From an uncultured cyanobacterium (lineage in GTDB: Bacteria; Cyanobacteriota; Cyanobacteriia; Cyanobacteriales; CAWCAG01), in NCBI GenBank assembly GCA_963803805.1, contig CAWDOD010000003.1, positions 603,771 to 667,770 on the forward strand: DNA of 64,000 bases, in the 5' to 3' direction. Under the pieces are notes generated by a model that was given only the letters and a program-made list of their open reading frames with translations, was not told where the DNA came from and did no database searches. Below are positions 21,002-30,915 of the stretch, piece after piece (within the stretch, counting starts at the first letter, position 1; every line of letters begins with the position of its first letter). A program made the translations under genes and the position numbers.

Positions 21002-21324
21002 GTCAATATCGCCAATATATTAAACAACTTCTGAGTGACTATGCTAGTAAAAGTCCATCTGATGAAGATGTAGAAGCTGCCTTAATCTTTGATACAGAGC
21101 GTGACCATTATCAAGTTGTTTACACTGGCTGGAAGAATCACCAACCAATGTACGGTTGTGTTCTCCACTTTAGTATCAAAAATGCCAAAGTTTGGATACA
21201 TCATGATGGCACGGAAGTTGGTTTCGCTAACGAACTTGTTAAGTTAGGAGTACCGAAGACGGATATTGTACTAGCATTTCAAGAGCCTGCTGTGCGGCAA
21301 TATACTGACTTTGCTGTAGGTTAA
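20989..21324 (+). CDS. xisI: XisI family protein
   Basis: IFDTERDHYQ...KVWIHHDGTEVGFANELVKLGVPKTDIVLAF; overlaps xisH end. Confidence 0.93.
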   Translation: MEKVSQYRQYIKQLLSDYASKSPSDEDVEAALIFDTERDHYQVVYTGWKNHQPMYGCVLHFSIKNAKVWIHHDGTEVGFANELVKLGVPKTDIVLAFQEPAVRQYTDFAVG

Positions 21325-21629
21325 AGCAAAAGCTTATCTCTCCCTCTGTTTACTGATAACTCTACAAACAGGACTTACGTAGTGAGGGCATAGGGAATAG
21401 TCAATAGTCAATAGGGAAAAGGCATTGAGAAAAATTGAGCTAGACGCAACAAATACCATTTTGAATGCGTTTCAGCTTAGCTGTTTCTCTTTAAGAAAAT
21501 TACCCAAAAGTTAGTAGTCATCTTTAAGATGCCGATCGCTGTTAGCCAGGGATTTTAATCCTTGGCGGTTTAATTGAATAGACTGAGAACTGCATAAAGT
21601 AGCCGTTGCCGCAGGTTAAACTGATGGGA

Positions 21630-21692
21630 TAGGGCGACCCAATTTAAACTTTGGTTGGTTGGAAATACTTCGGAAACGGGTCGCCTCTACAA
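21630..21692 (-). repeat. REP-like element copy 2
   Basis: TAGGGCGACCCAATTTAAAC...GAAACGGGTCGCCTCTACAA. Confidence 0.8.
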
Positions 21693-21714
21693 CTGATAAG
21701 GTTACAACTGAAAA

Positions 21715-24700
21715 ATGGCAAAAGATGAGGCGTATCGCGAAGCGGAAAAGAGAATTGAGGTAGCGAAGCAAGACGGGGCGACGGAACTTGATCTTAGAAA
21801 CTTGGGGTTGAGTGAGTTGCCAGAAACAATTGGTGAACTTGTTGACCTGAAAGTTCTTGATCTTGGTTATAAAGACGATAAGGAAGGTGAGAGAAACAAA
21901 CTAACTGAGTTGCCAGAGTCTTCAGGCAATCTCACCCAGTTACAGAGACTTGACCTCGATTCTAACCAACTAACCACAGTACCGGAATTTCTCGGCAACT
22001 TCACCCAGCTACACTGGCTTTACCTCGATTCTAACCAACTAACCACAGTACCAGAATCTCTCGGCAACCTCACCCAGTTACAGGGGCTTTCCCTCTCCTC
22101 CAACCAACTAACCACAGTACCGGAATTCCTCGGCAACCTCACCCAGTTACAGGGGCTTTCCCTCTCCTCCAACCAACTAACCACAGTACCGGAATTCCTC
22201 GGCAACCTCACCCAGTTAAAGATTCTTGCCCTCTCCTCTAACCAACTAACCACAGTACCAGAATTTCTCGGCAACTTCACCCAGCTACACTGGCTTTACC
22301 TCTACTCCAACCAATTAACTGACATACCAATTTCACTGGCACAGCTCAAGCATCTAAAAACACTTACACTTAATAACAATCCCCTAAACCCCGAACTAGC
22401 CGCAGCCAACGAACAAGGACTAGATGCAATCAAAGCCTACCTACAAGCCAAAGCGGAAGGAGAAGTTGTCCTCAACGAAGCCAAACTCATCATAGTAGGA
22501 GAAGGGGACGTAGGCAAAAGCTGCTTACTAGGGGCATTGCGGGGTGATCCTTGGCTAAAAGACTGCCCCACTACCCACGGTATAGAAATCAAGCCTGTCA
22601 CCCTCACTGACACCACTAACAATACAGAAATCATCCTCAACGGTTGGGACTTTGGAGGGCAGCGAGTCTATCGCCCTACCCATCAGCTTTTCTTCTCTGC
22701 CCCAGCCGTTTACCTCGTAGTCTGGAAGCCCAGGGAAGGGCCGCAACAGGGCTTTGTGCGGGAGTGGATCACCCTAATCAAACATCGTGAACCCGATGCT
22801 AAGGTGATAGTGGTGGCTACCCACGGAGGGCCGCAACAGCGTCAACCGGATATAGATAGGCAAGAGTTGACGGACCTGTTTGGAGAAGATACGGTGCAGG
22901 GCTTCTTCTTTGTGGACAGTAAACCCCATGAAGCTACCACAGAATGTAAAAATGTTAGTTCCCTCAAGGAGAAGATTACCGAAGTTGCAACGGCTTTACC
23001 AGGTATGGGGCGTACTATCCCGGCGAAATGGCATCAAGTCCGGGAGGCATTGAAAGCAACGGGTAAGCCCTATCTGTCCTATCAAGATGTCTTAGCTATT
23101 TGTGCCGCACAAGGAGTAACCGGGTTTCTCGCTGAACAATGTATCCGCGTTTATCATACCTTGGGTAACATTGTTCACTACCACTACGACACTGTCTTAA
23201 AAGATATTGTCATCCTCAAACCCGACTGGCTGACTAAAGCGATTAGCTTTGTTTTAGACGACGAACAAACCCGCCATAACAACGGTTTAGTTGAGTTTGC
23301 CCATCTCAGCCAACTATGGAGTAATCCCCCCGTTGCTGGAGAGGAAGGTTATCCCCTTGACTTACATCCTGTCTTCCTCCGTTTGATGGAAAAGTTCGAC
23401 CTTTCCTACAAGGTGGTACTCGATGCCGCTTCAACGGAAGAAAGTACCACTAGCCTCATCGCCCAACTTGTCCCCGACAATCGCCCCCATCCCTTACCCT
23501 GGCGTGAAGAAGAGGGGGAACGACAACAAATCCAAATCTGTCGCATCGTCGATAAAAGGGGACAACTTGCCAACGCTGAAGGGTTGTTTTATCGCTTAAT
23601 TGTGCGTCTCCATAAATACTCCTTAGGGCGCAACGATTACAGAAAGAGTATTCACTGGCAACGGGGGCTAATGCTTGACGACGAATACAACGGCCGTGCT
23701 TTATTAGAACATATTGGTACAAATGTGCAAATTACTGTTAGGGCTGCCTATCCGAGGCATTTTTTGCATCAACTTACCCAGGAGGTTAAGTGGCTAGTGG
23801 AAAGTTGGAAAGGATTAAAGTGTAAGATTTTTGTCCCCTGTATTGCTCCCTGCGGTATGAACCAGCCTGGTTTAGCTAAGTTCGAGGTTAAGAAACTAAT
23901 CGTCACCAAGCAGAGAAACCAGACAGAATACCTTTGTAATGTTTCCGGTTGCGACGAATGGCAAAATATTGATAAGTTGATGCTGAATGCCCCAGTTATT
24001 AAGACTAGAGAGAATGAGGAAATCTCCGAGATGCAAAGGGAGATAAGAGGAATCCGCCAAGATATTCGGGTTTTAGATCAGCGCAATCAGAAAGGCTTCC
24101 AAGGGCTTAAGCAAGGGCAAAAGGTGATTTTGAGTAAGGTTGATGAACAATTTACCAACTTGATGCAAACCTTCACCGACGAAGCAAAGGAAGGGCCACG
24201 TTTGTTTAGTTTTAAACCCGTTGAACCCAGTTTCTTTGATAGCCCGAAATGGCTAAAAGCAAAGTTTCAGCTTACCCTCTGGTGTGAACATTCCCGCCAA
24301 CCTCTACCCACTCTCAACCCTGGTAATAGTAAGCAAGGTGTCTACGAAATTGAGTTAAGCCGTGAATGGTTTACCAAGGCGGCCCCCTACCTCAAGCTGA
24401 TGACTACCACCATCGGTTTAGTGTTACCCGTAGGGGCATCGGCGACAAAGTTGCTGTTAGAAGAGAATGTTTATAAAGGTATTGAAGAAGAGTTAGATTT
24501 TGCCCAAAAGGCTATTGAGTTTTCCACTAAAAGCACTGATTTAGTAGTAGACGGGTTGAGGGAAAACAACGCCCCCGACTTTGAATACGGGAAAGATATC
24601 CGCGCCGAAGGTGCGATGTTGCGGCAACTCCACGCTATCCTCAAGGAAGAAGATCCCAGTTTTGGAGGTTTGGCAAGAGTACCGAATAAACGTCAAGAGT

Positions 24701-24738
24701 TTGTTTGGGTTCATCCTCAGTTTGTTAAGGAGTATTGA
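21715..24738 (+). CDS. Roco protein: LRR-Roc GTPase-COR with Cys-rich, coiled-coil and uncharacterised C-terminal regions
   Basis: 23-aa LRRs; G1 GEGDVGKS, TTHGIE, WDFGGQ, G4 VATH; COR segment VILKPDWLTKAI. Confidence 0.92.
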   Translation: MAKDEAYREAEKRIEVAKQDGATELDLRNLGLSELPETIGELVDLKVLDLGYKDDKEGERNKLTELPESSGNLTQLQRLDLDSNQLTTVPEFLGNFTQLHWLYLDSNQLTTVPESLGNLTQLQGLSLSSNQLTTVPEFLGNLTQLQGLSLSSNQLTTVPEFLGNLTQLKILALSSNQLTTVPEFLGNFTQLHWLYLYSNQLTDIPISLAQLKHLKTLTLNNNPLNPELAAANEQGLDAIKAYLQAKAEGEVVLNEAKLIIVGEGDVGKSCLLGALRGDPWLKDCPTTHGIEIKPVTLTDTTNNTEIILNGWDFGGQRVYRPTHQLFFSAPAVYLVVWKPREGPQQGFVREWITLIKHREPDAKVIVVATHGGPQQRQPDIDRQELTDLFGEDTVQGFFFVDSKPHEATTECKNVSSLKEKITEVATALPGMGRTIPAKWHQVREALKATGKPYLSYQDVLAICAAQGVTGFLAEQCIRVYHTLGNIVHYHYDTVLKDIVILKPDWLTKAISFVLDDEQTRHNNGLVEFAHLSQLWSNPPVAGEEGYPLDLHPVFLRLMEKFDLSYKVVLDAASTEESTTSLIAQLVPDNRPHPLPWREEEGERQQIQICRIVDKRGQLANAEGLFYRLIVRLHKYSLGRNDYRKSIHWQRGLMLDDEYNGRALLEHIGTNVQITVRAAYPRHFLHQLTQEVKWLVESWKGLKCKIFVPCIAPCGMNQPGLAKFEVKKLIVTKQRNQTEYLCNVSGCDEWQNIDKLMLNAPVIKTRENEEISEMQREIRGIRQDIRVLDQRNQKGFQGLKQGQKVILSKVDEQFTNLMQTFTDEAKEGPRLFSFKPVEPSFFDSPKWLKAKFQLTLWCEHSRQPLPTLNPGNSKQGVYEIELSREWFTKAAPYLKLMTTTIGLVLPVGASATKLLLEENVYKGIEEELDFAQKAIEFSTKSTDLVVDGLRENNAPDFEYGKDIRAEGAMLRQLHAILKEEDPSFGGLARVPNKRQEFVWVHPQFVKEY
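21964..22320 (+). repeat. 69-bp near-identical tandem repeats encoding LRRs
   Basis: AACCAACTAACCACAGTACC at 21964, 22033, 22102, 22171, 22240 and a variant at 22309. Confidence 0.95.
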
Positions 24739-24789
24739 TTTAAGTAATAAGTAATAAGTAAGTAGTCGTACAAAAAAAGAGGAGAAGAT

Positions 24790-25884
24790 TTGGTTAATAC
24801 TGTCGGAATCGCCAAGCAATTTTTCCCAGCAGAAAAAGTTAGAGATGTCCAACCTTGGGGCAACGGTAATGTTAACGATACTTTCCTCGTTACCCTCGAT
24901 ACCCCCCAAGCAAGTTTTATTCTGCAACGCATCAACACTAATGTATTTCGCCAACCAGAATTGGTGATGCAAAATCTTCGTCTGTGTACAGAACATATTA
25001 GCCAACGTCGCCAAGAATCTGCCCTCTTAAAGTCTGACAGACGTTGGGAGATGCCCAAAGTGCAGTTAACTCATGATGGGCAAGAGGGCTATGTTGATGC
25101 TGAGGGGAATTTCTGGCGGGGACTTAGCTTCATTGAAGGTGAGTCTTTTGATACTATCAAAAATACTAATTTAGCCCAGGAAGTTGGTTATGCTTTGGGG
25201 ATGTTTCATAATCTCCTTAGTGATTTACCAACTGAGAAATTAGCTGATACTTTGCCAGGGTTTCATATTACTCCTTTATATCTCCAACAATACGATCAGG
25301 TATTAGAAAAAGTAGAAATAGAAATTTCTACTGAGGTAGCATATGGCTTGAAATTCATCAGCGATCGCAGAATTTGGGTAGAGGTTTTAGAAAATGCCAA
25401 ACAACAGGGAAAGTTACCTCTACGGGCAATTCACGGCGATCCGAAGGTTAATAACGTTATGGTTGATCGTAGTACCGGGCAAGCTATTTCTATTATTGAT
25501 CTTGATACTGTTAAACCAGGTTTAGTTCACTACGACATTGGCGACTGTTTGCGTTCAGGATGTAATCCTACTGGGGAAGAAACCCAAAACTGGCAAAATG
25601 TTCATTTTGAGGTGGATCTTTGTCAAGCAATTTTACGAGGTTATTTTCTTTTGGCAAAAGGTTTCCTTAAGGAAAATGATTACGAATATATTTATAACGC
25701 TATTCACTTAATTACCTTCGAGTTAGGGTTAAGATTTTTTAGTGACTATTTGGCAGGAAACGTTTACTTTAAAGTCAAATATCCAGAACATAATCTCGCT
25801 AGGGCGTTAGTGCAGTTTAAACTCACAGAAAGTATTGAATCCCAAGAAGATGCTATTCAAGCCATAATTAAGGACTTGAAATGA
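24790..25884 (+). CDS. APH-family phosphotransferase (N-acetylhexosamine-kinase-like)
   Basis: GNGNVNDTF, ILQRIN, IHGDPKVNN, IIDLDTV. Confidence 0.85.
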   Translation: MVNTVGIAKQFFPAEKVRDVQPWGNGNVNDTFLVTLDTPQASFILQRINTNVFRQPELVMQNLRLCTEHISQRRQESALLKSDRRWEMPKVQLTHDGQEGYVDAEGNFWRGLSFIEGESFDTIKNTNLAQEVGYALGMFHNLLSDLPTEKLADTLPGFHITPLYLQQYDQVLEKVEIEISTEVAYGLKFISDRRIWVEVLENAKQQGKLPLRAIHGDPKVNNVMVDRSTGQAISIIDLDTVKPGLVHYDIGDCLRSGCNPTGEETQNWQNVHFEVDLCQAILRGYFLLAKGFLKENDYEYIYNAIHLITFELGLRFFSDYLAGNVYFKVKYPEHNLARALVQFKLTESIESQEDAIQAIIKDLK

Positions 25885-26411
25885 ATAAACAAAAATTTTC
25901 TCTGCAACCTTTTAACTCTAGAACTAATATTGATATTTCAGGACAAATCAATCGCTATAAAAACAACTTAACGATTAAATATACCCTCGCTGGCAAAATA
26001 ACAGAAATCTTGATTTCTGAACCAAAAAATAAACCAAACCGCCAACATAACCTTTGGCAAACCACTTGTTTTGAATTCTTTCTGGCTATCAAAGATTCTC
26101 TTCAATATTGGGAATTCAACCTTTCTCCTAACGGTGATTGGAATATTTATCGCTTTGACAATTATCGCCAGGGAATGAAGGAAGAAACTGCTTTTAGGTC
26201 TTTGCCATTTTTAGTTAGAAAAGATTTAAACTCGTTCAACTTATACCTAGAATTTGAGCTTGCTAAAATTGTTAATAAAGAGCAGGAAATAGAAGTAGCG
26301 ATCGCAACTGTTATTAAAACAAAAGATAGTGAAATAACTTACTGGGCTTTAAATCATCCTAGTCAAGAAGCTGATTTTCATCATAGAGATAGCTTTTTGA
26401 TGGCATTTTAA
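25881..26411 (+). CDS. DOMON-like domain protein
   Basis: LWQTTCFEFF...YWEFNLSPNGDWN...YWAL.HP...DFH; ATGA overlap with the kinase gene. Confidence 0.8.
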   Translation: MNKQKFSLQPFNSRTNIDISGQINRYKNNLTIKYTLAGKITEILISEPKNKPNRQHNLWQTTCFEFFLAIKDSLQYWEFNLSPNGDWNIYRFDNYRQGMKEETAFRSLPFLVRKDLNSFNLYLEFELAKIVNKEQEIEVAIATVIKTKDSEITYWALNHPSQEADFHHRDSFLMAF

Positions 26412-26557
26412 ACTCAGTAATTCACGAAAATCATCTAGAAATTCCTAAGTGGCTGAGGTATATTCCTAAATTAGCCAAAGGGCAAAAAAGCGAGTCTAGA
26501 CTGTACCTAATAGTACTAATAATTGCTATAGTTATTTTTATAATAATAAAGAATAAA

Positions 26558-27022
26558 ATGAATTTTAAAATTATTGTTGCTCTATTTTTGCTAACTAGTC
26601 TTGTAGCTTGTAGCGATCCCAAAACAAGAAACAAAAGCGGTGATCCCAAGAAAGACGCTAATATAGCCAAAGCAATGGATTGCCCTAACTGTACACTAGA
26701 ACAAATTGACTTAAGCGGAGCTAATCTCAGAAAAGCTAACTTAAAGGGGGCTGACTTAAGCAAAGCTAACTTAAGTGGTGCAAATTTGAGTAGTGCTAAC
26801 TTAAAAGGTGCTAACTTAACAGAGGCAGATTTAAACAGCATAAACCTTAATCAAGCTAATCTTGAAGAAGCAAATTTAAGCGATGCTAAGTTAATTAATG
26901 CTAGTTTGATGAATGCTAAATTGAAAGGAGCTAAAAAAATCAAAACAGCGAACCTTTTCAATGCTAACCTGTGTGGAGCAATTATGCCGACGGGGATTAT
27001 TTCTGTTCAAGGCTGCATTTAA
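26558..27022 (+). CDS. Pentapeptide-repeat lipoprotein
   Basis: Lipobox LVAC; CPNC followed by A(N/D)Lxx repeats. Confidence 0.9.
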   Translation: MNFKIIVALFLLTSLVACSDPKTRNKSGDPKKDANIAKAMDCPNCTLEQIDLSGANLRKANLKGADLSKANLSGANLSSANLKGANLTEADLNSINLNQANLEEANLSDAKLINASLMNAKLKGAKKIKTANLFNANLCGAIMPTGIISVQGCI

Positions 27023-27046
27023 TCAGTTATCGGTTATGAGTTATCA

Positions 27047-27778
27047 ATGAGCAACAATATTCGTTTGGCTGTAGTATTGAAGACTTTGGCCCTTGCTTTG
27101 AGTTTCTTTAGTTTGGTGGGTGTTAACCCAGTTTTGGCACAGGAAATTATGCGTACTTTAACTGTAACCGGGCAAGGAGAAGTTGAGATTCCCACCACCA
27201 TAACTCAAGTGCGTTTAGGAGTAGAGGTAAAAGGAGAAACTGCCACCCAGGTGCAACAAGAAGTTGCCCAGAGGACAACTGCGGTAGTAAATTTATTGCG
27301 ATCGCGGAGTGTAGAAAAACTCGAAACCACTGGTGTTAATCTCCGCCCCGAATATAACTATAACAATCAACAAAGAGATTTAATCGGTTACGTTGGCAGC
27401 AATATAGTTAGTTTTCGCCTCGCCACAGCACAAACGGGAGATTTGATTGATGCTGCGGTTAATGCCGGGGCAACTCGTATAGACAGCATCAACTTTATCG
27501 CCTCAGATACCGCTATAAGCACCGCTAAGCAAGAAGCTTTAAGGGAAGCAACTGAGGATGCACAAAAACAGGCGGATACAGTTTTAGGGATGCTCAACTT
27601 AACCCGCCAAGAAATTGTTAATATAGTTCTAGATGGAGCGATGATTTCTCCACCTCAACCAATTCCAGTTAATGCCAATCTACGTTCGGCTTCTCCAGAA
27701 GCTGATTCATTTAGTTCTCCTATTATTGGTGGGGAACAAAAAGTAACAGCCAACGTCACCTTGCAAATAACTTACTAA
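27047..27778 (+). CDS. SIMPL/DUF541 periplasmic protein
   Basis: Signal peptide; RTLTVTGQGEV...AGATRIDSINF...EQKVTANVTLQITY. Confidence 0.9.
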   Translation: MSNNIRLAVVLKTLALALSFFSLVGVNPVLAQEIMRTLTVTGQGEVEIPTTITQVRLGVEVKGETATQVQQEVAQRTTAVVNLLRSRSVEKLETTGVNLRPEYNYNNQQRDLIGYVGSNIVSFRLATAQTGDLIDAAVNAGATRIDSINFIASDTAISTAKQEALREATEDAQKQADTVLGMLNLTRQEIVNIVLDGAMISPPQPIPVNANLRSASPEADSFSSPIIGGEQKVTANVTLQITY

Positions 27779-28143
27779 AACTCGGAATTTCCCCCATAGT
27801 CATCTACCATACCTGGGTTGTTATCCCGCTTAGAACCTAATAAATCTAACCGTTCTACCTTAATCACTGGCTTAGAACGGCTAGCACCGGTACTGCGATC
27901 GCTCCAAGTTTCGATTTTCAAGTTACCTTGAATACCAATCAAACTACCTTTACGAACGTAATTACCAGCTATTTCTGCGGTTCGTCCCCAAATTTCCAGA
28001 TTAAACCAATCTGGTTGGTCACTATTTTTGCTTCTACGTCGGACAGCCAAAGTTAAATTACAAACTACACTCCCAGACTCAAAATACTTGACATCTGGAT
28101 CTGTACCGGCGTGTCCTACTAAATTGACAACATTAATATTCAT
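27775..28143 (-). CDS. ssb: Single-stranded DNA-binding protein
   Basis: NVVNLVGHAGTDPDVKYFESG...WFNLEIWGRTAE...KGSLIGIQG. Confidence 0.95.
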   Translation of the reverse strand: MNINVVNLVGHAGTDPDVKYFESGSVVCNLTLAVRRRSKNSDQPDWFNLEIWGRTAEIAGNYVRKGSLIGIQGNLKIETWSDRSTGASRSKPVIKVERLDLLGSKRDNNPGMVDDYGGNSEF

Positions 28144-28419
28144 GAGACTACACTAAAAAATAGTACAAAGGTACTTTAATGATTTTAACTCCTAAGAAAC
28201 AATTTTAGGAATTTTCTACTTCAAGTCTAGCTTTCTCCGGAAGGTACTCCCATAGGCTTGAACTCTTCTTTAGACAACGTGTCATCAGAAATTTTTAACC
28301 ATAAAATGTTATATTGCACTAGACGTAGGAAAGAAAACATAATAGAATCCTCCTCGATTGCAGTTTGGTTACATTTTCAGTTACACACCGCAGATTTCAT
28401 TTTGGAGGCGTAGAAGCTA

Positions 28420-29460
28420 GTGGGTTTTTTTAGTCGTTTTTCCCTGTCTAGGGACATGGGTATCGACCTTGGTACAGCTAATACGTTAGTTTACGTTTCT
28501 GGCAAAGGTATAGTTCTCCAAGAACCCTCTGTAGTTGCCATAGACCGAGACGAAAAAATACCATTAGCTGTAGGGGAAGATGCAAAGAAAATGCTGGGTA
28601 GAACTCCCGGAAACGTATTTGCAGTTCGACCTTTACGAGATGGTGTTATCGCCGACTTTGATACTGCTGAGTTAATGCTCAAGCACTTTATCCGGCAAGT
28701 ACACGGAGGTAGGGCTTTAGTTTCTCCCCGTATCGTTATTGGTATTCCTAGTGGCGTAACTGGAGTAGAACGCCGCGCAGTCATGGATGCAGCAGAACAA
28801 GCAGGTGCTAGTACAGTTTATTTAATAGACGAACCTGTAGCTGCCGCTATTGGCGCTGGTCTTCCAGTAGCAGAACCAACTGGTAACATGATTATTGACA
28901 TCGGTGGTGGTACGACTGAAGTAGCCGTATTGAGTCTACAAGGAACAGTATTAAGCGAATCTGTAAGAGTCGCCGGTGATGAGCTAAGCGACTCCATTAC
29001 CCAATACATGAAGAAGGTACACAACCTAGTCATTGGGGAACGTACTTCAGAAGAAATTAAAATTAAGGTAGGTTCAGCTTATCCTACCGCAGATGACGAG
29101 CCAAGCATGGAAGTAAGAGGCTTACATCTACTCTCTGGCTTACCCCGCACTGTCACCATTAAAGGGGCAGAAATTCGTGAAAGTATGTCAGAACCTCTTT
29201 CTGTAATTGTTGATGCTGTCAAGCGCACTCTAGAGCGCACACCTCCGGAGTTAGCAGCAGATATTATTGACCGGGGCATCATGTTAGCCGGAGGCGGCGC
29301 ATTATTAAGGGGGCTAGATACCCTCATCAGCCACGAAACAGGCATTGTTACTCACGTAGCCGCAGATCCCCTTAGCTGTGTAGTTTTAGGGACAGGTCGA
29401 GTTCTCGAAAACTTCAAGCAATTAGAACGAGTATTTAGTGGACGTTCTCGCGGACTCTAG
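28420..29460 (+). CDS. mreB: Rod shape-determining protein MreB
   Basis: GIDLGTANT, EPSVVA, DIGGGTTE, AGGGALL. Confidence 0.98.
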   Translation: MGFFSRFSLSRDMGIDLGTANTLVYVSGKGIVLQEPSVVAIDRDEKIPLAVGEDAKKMLGRTPGNVFAVRPLRDGVIADFDTAELMLKHFIRQVHGGRALVSPRIVIGIPSGVTGVERRAVMDAAEQAGASTVYLIDEPVAAAIGAGLPVAEPTGNMIIDIGGGTTEVAVLSLQGTVLSESVRVAGDELSDSITQYMKKVHNLVIGERTSEEIKIKVGSAYPTADDEPSMEVRGLHLLSGLPRTVTIKGAEIRESMSEPLSVIVDAVKRTLERTPPELAADIIDRGIMLAGGGALLRGLDTLISHETGIVTHVAADPLSCVVLGTGRVLENFKQLERVFSGRSRGL

Positions 29461-29574
29461 TTCTCAAGCGAATCAGGATAGAGGCAGAAAGAATATCCTT
29501 TCCCCTTTTGCTGTCAATTGTTAATTGACAGACCATAAACAGCCAACCATAACTAACCTAAAATATATAGACCT

Positions 29575-30321
29575 ATGTTTTCATCGCGTCGTATCTGGCG
29601 CAAGTACGGCACTCGAACCCTACTCACGGGGCTAGTGATCACCACTGCTTGGGTAATTCGCCAAACTCAAGGTGCTTTGGTCACTGAATTATATAGTTCT
29701 GCTGTCCGACCTTTTCGGAATGGCCCCACTCAAGAAGAGCAACTTACTAACGCCAAAATCCAGCAACTTAATCAAGAGTTGGCTGAAATAAAAGTCCAGA
29801 ACGAGAAATTCAAACAACTACTAGGTTACGTTGAAAAACAAGACAAAGAAAGTATTGTTGCTCCTGTAATCGGCCGCAGTGCAGACCACTGGTGGCATCA
29901 AGTAACCTTAGCTAGGGGTAGTAAAGATGGTGTAGAGGTGGGCTATGTAGTGGTCGGTATTGGGGGACTCGTCGGTCGAGTAACTAGCGTTACTGCTCAT
30001 ACCAGTAGAGTATTACTTATTAGCGATCCTAAAAGTAAAATTGGTGTCACCGTTAGCCGTACTCGTGACATGGGAGCAATGAAAGGGGTTGGTACAGACA
30101 GAGCCTTAATGCACTTTTTTGAAAAAGTACCTAATATTCGTAAAGGAGATGTAGTTACTACTTCTCCAGTGAGCCGCGTTTTGCCCGCAGGTATACCTAT
30201 TGGCGTTATCGAATCTATAGACACAGAAAGTGGTCCTGCTCCCCAAGCTACAGTAAAGCTATCAGCACCAATGGGGCAGTTAGAGTGGTTAGCCATTCAC
30301 CCTTTTAAGCCCAAGTCTTAG
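29575..30321 (+). CDS. mreC: Rod shape-determining protein MreC
   Basis: TM plus coiled coil; GLVGRV...SRVLLISD; position after mreB. Confidence 0.93.
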   Translation: MFSSRRIWRKYGTRTLLTGLVITTAWVIRQTQGALVTELYSSAVRPFRNGPTQEEQLTNAKIQQLNQELAEIKVQNEKFKQLLGYVEKQDKESIVAPVIGRSADHWWHQVTLARGSKDGVEVGYVVVGIGGLVGRVTSVTAHTSRVLLISDPKSKIGVTVSRTRDMGAMKGVGTDRALMHFFEKVPNIRKGDVVTTSPVSRVLPAGIPIGVIESIDTESGPAPQATVKLSAPMGQLEWLAIHPFKPKS

Positions 30322-30372
30322 GTTCTTGTTGCCAACAAAACTAGAATAAACCCCACGAAAGAACCTCCTGTT

Positions 30373-30915
30373 GTGATTAAGGTTTCTGAATTATCACCCC
30401 ATTTCCGTTCTACCCTTAACTGGTTAATAATTATCGGTTCGGTGCTTCTGTGCGCGATGTTTTCCTTAACTCGCTTACCAGGGATGCAGTTACAAGATAT
30501 TGGCCCTCAGTGGTTGCTAATTTGGGTAGTAGCTTGGAGTGTCAAGCGAACTCCTTTTCAAGGGGCGATCGCTGGTCTTGCGTTAGGAGCAATTCAAGAC
30601 GGTTTAACCTCCTCCTATCCTTCCCACATTATTTCCCTGACTTTAATCGGCTTCCTCACCGCTCGTTTACAAAAACAAAGGTATATACAAGAAGATTTTA
30701 TTTCTATTGCTTTAATAGTGTTTGCGATGACAGCGATCGCAGAAACTATAACGGCTATTCAATATAGTTTATATGGCTTTGTCAGTCTAGAAAAAATTTG
30801 GGTAACTCACCAAAGGGCTGTGCTACTCTCAGCAACTCTTAGCAGTCTTTGGGGTCCCATTGTTTATTGGCCTCTTAATCGCTGGTGGCAGCAAATAGAA
30901 GCGTTTGAACAGTGA
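30373..30915 (+). CDS. mreD: Rod shape-determining protein MreD
   Basis: Polytopic membrane protein after mreC; GPQWLLIWVVAWS...GAIQDGLT. Confidence 0.9.
   Translation: MIKVSELSPHFRSTLNWLIIIGSVLLCAMFSLTRLPGMQLQDIGPQWLLIWVVAWSVKRTPFQGAIAGLALGAIQDGLTSSYPSHIISLTLIGFLTARLQKQRYIQEDFISIALIVFAMTAIAETITAIQYSLYGFVSLEKIWVTHQRAVLLSATLSSLWGPIVYWPLNRWWQQIEAFEQ

Noticed and set aside
20591-21324. fdxN excision element implied by xisH/xisI
   Set aside because: No XisF recombinase, nif/fdxN genes or interrupted gene nearby; standalone xisHI pairs are common
21964-22320. CRISPR array or DGR template/variable repeats
   Set aside because: Units are 69 bp, in frame and encode LRRs; there are no unique spacers, cas genes or reverse transcriptase, and differences are not adenine-specific
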